Positions 61,790 to 64,000 of a DNA stretch of 64,000 nt are shown here, piece after piece. Origin of the DNA: Felis catus. Its lineage: Eukaryota. The first letter of the stretch is position 1, and every line of letters begins with the position of its first letter. A model generated the notes under the pieces. It was not told the origin of the DNA. It saw only the letters and a list, made by a program, of their open reading frames with translations, and did not search any database. The stretch spans positions 14,572,001 to 14,636,000 of the forward strand of contig NC_058368.1 of the NCBI RefSeq assembly GCF_018350175.1, given 5' to 3'. The translations under genes were made by a program, and so were the position numbers.

Positions 61790-62470
61790 AATACGAAGTC
61801 CTGATGTCCATCCATTTGCCAAACCTCCTTTACCTATAGCCACGACCATAACGAAGGGCAACTCCATCCTTCCAATTGCTGAGGACAAAACTTTGGAGTC
61901 ATCTTTGGTTGTCAGAGCCCACATCCAACCTCTCTGGACACCCTCTGACCCATACCTTCAAGGTGTACCCAGAATCTGAGCCTCACCAGAGTCATTACTA
62001 CCGTCCTAGTGCAAACCACCATCATCTCTCAGCAGGATCAGCACAAGAGTCTTTCCTTTGGTCTTCTTGCCATTATGCCTTCTCAACACAGTAGCAGAGT
62101 GACCCTGGTAAGGCATTAAAATACATCGTGGAGCTCCCCTGCTCATGAAGCTCCCCGGCTCACTCAGAGTCAAACACAAAAAATGACCTACAGAGTCATC
62201 CACACTTCACTCCTCCTCCTTACCTCTCAGATTGCATCTCTTTTCTCCTTTCCCTTTTGCTGTCTCCACCACAACACACTTCTCATATCTTGAACATACC
62301 AGGCAGACTCTTACTGTGCACAGATATCTGCATAACCCCTCCCTCAGCTGCTTCCGTCTTTGCTCAGACCTTCTGAGTGACCTTGACTGCCTTACTTAAA
62401 ACTGCACCTTGCCCCTCCACTGCTAGCACTCCCAATCACCTTTCCTTGTTCTATCGTTTTCCCGTAGACT
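61790..62470 (+). mobile_element. L2 remnant
   Basis: ggcaactccatccttccaattgctgaggacaaaactttggagtcatcttt; ctcaacacagtagcagagtgacc; cactcagagtcaaa. Confidence 0.7.
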
Positions 62471-62588
62471 CTGGACTTTCTATTTGCCATCTTTCATTGA
62501 TCTATGATGCGCTATGATTTCTACAGTTAAACATTTCTGATACTGAGATACAACTGACAATCACGATGTCTTCCAACTGATTGGCAGG

Positions 62589-62726
62589 TTTTTTCTTTTG
62601 TTTTTATTTTTTTATTTAAAACATTTTATAGTAATCTCTATGCTCAGTGTGGAGCATAGATCTCAGACCTCATGACCTCGAGATCAAAGGTCGCAGGCTC
62701 CACCAAGTGAGGCAGAGAAGCGCCCC
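62589..62726 (-). mobile_element. Short old tRNA-derived CanSINE (SINEC_c-like, no CT tract)
   Basis: agtaatctctatgctcagtgtgg...ctcatgacctcgagatcaa...gcgcccc in reverse. Confidence 0.75.
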
Positions 62727-62780
62727 ACTTTTCTCTTTTAGAGTAGCACATAGGATGATGGTGCATGTTACAGTTGAGGG

Positions 62781-63492
62781 GTGATGGATTGTTTGCAGAA
62801 ATGGCTGTGATTGTTCCCTCCTTTGTATCCACCCCTCTTTTGTGGCTCCTCTATTTCCTTACCTGCCTGCTGTGGTGGCTTGCTTCGAGAAAGATACTAC
62901 AGCTGGGGGGCGCCTGGGTGGCTCAGTTAGTTAAGTGTCCGACTTCAGCTCAGGTCATGCTCTCACGGTTCGTGAGTTCGAGCCCCGCGTTGGGCTCTGT
63001 GCTGACAGCTCAGAGCCTGGAGCCTGCGTTGGATTCTGTGTCTTCCTCTCTCTCTCTGCCCCTCCCCCACTCATGCTCTGTCTCTCTCTCCCTCTCAAAA
63101 ATAAATAAACATTAAAAAAATTTTTTTAAAAATTAAAAAAAAAAAAAAAGATACTACAGCCAGAATGAGAGGCCAGCTCTGAGCCTGGTCCTCAAGAAGC
63201 CTTGTGTATGTTTGCTCTCTTTTGGAATTCTGCTTCCGCCATACGACAGCCCCAAGCTAGCCTGCTGGATGATGACAAATGGCCCAGGTGCCTCTATTGC
63301 CCCAGTTGACAGCCAGAAACGCTGAAAGCAGAGGTGCCCAGCTCCTAGGGAGCTGCTGGTGAATCAGAGGAGTAATCTCAGGAGAGATCACAAGAACGCC
63401 CAGCCGAGCCCAGGTGAAAGTGACCCGCAGCACAGTGACTTATGCCATGGTTTGTCTTTGATGCCTTTTATTAGGCAACAATAACTGATACC
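62781..63492 (+). mobile_element. MaLR LTR (MLT1F/G-like) interrupted by a CanSINE
   Basis: gtgatggattgtttgcagaaatggc..., gagcctggtcctcaagaagcc, cccaagctagcctgctggatgatga, gcccagccgagcccag; ends gcaacaataactgatac. Confidence 0.75.
62907..63146 (+). mobile_element. CanSINE
   Basis: Full body. TSD aaagatactacagc at 62890-62903 and 63147-63160. Confidence 0.95.
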
Positions 63493-63834
63493 AGTGGTGT
63501 CTGAAATTCAGCGAAATACAGGAAATAATTTTCTTATTATGCTTATAGTGTATTTCCCTCCAAGTAAAATATAAGCTTCATGAGGGAGGGAGTTTTGCCT
63601 CTTGTTCTACTGATGTGTGCATCTCTTCCATCTAGAAATCTCAATAAATGTTACTTAACTGCCTCAAATGTGTGTAAATATGGGATAATCCTATTTTTGT
63701 TAAAGACCAGAAGCAACATGCTTATGTCTTCATGGTAGTTATCTCCTGGTGGTGGAATTACTGATGTTTTTACCCCTTCTTTTGGTTTACCCGTAATGTC
63801 TAATTTTCAACAATGAACATGCATTTCTTTTGTA

Positions 63835-63875
63835 AAAGAAAGAAGAAAGAAAGAAAGAAAGAAAGAAGAAAGAAA
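63835..63875. repeat. (GAAA)n/(GAA)n microsatellite, likely the tail of an old L1
   Basis: Directly visible. Confidence 0.9.
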
Positions 63876-64000
63876 CCATTTGGGATGTACTTAAAACTTT
63901 CAACAATAAAATTGTAACTCATCTAATCACTACCCTTAGGGAGATATACCTCCTCACTGCCGTGGTGTGGGTTTCAGTGCTTTTATGTTTGTGGCATCTG

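Overview
This is 64 kb of mammalian non-coding DNA from a felid (cat family), judged from about 24 tRNA-derived CanSINEs, including young Felis-type SINEC_Fc copies, and a felid L1 3' end. I cannot support any protein-coding exon, RNA gene or CRISPR array. The six-frame ORFs are explained by repeats, GC-rich sequence or chance. The only gene-derived feature is a near full-length but heavily deleted RPSA (40S ribosomal protein SA / laminin receptor) processed pseudogene at about 43.2-44.1 kb. Much of the rest is layered transposon debris: CanSINEs, old and young L1, L2, MIR, MaLR/ERVL solo LTRs, hAT-type DNA elements and microsatellites. A few transposon-poor blocks may be regulatory. I found no convincing new biological system. 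The best leads are a triplicated target site hit by two retrotransposons inside a multi-level L1 nest, a CpG-rich ancient L2 remnant carrying a strong CTCF/YY1-like motif, the microhomology-deletion pattern of the RPSA pseudogene, and a motif-rich candidate enhancer at about 48-49 kb. Repeat family names come from recalled consensus sequences and need RepeatMasker/Dfam confirmation. Boundaries of old repeats are approximate.
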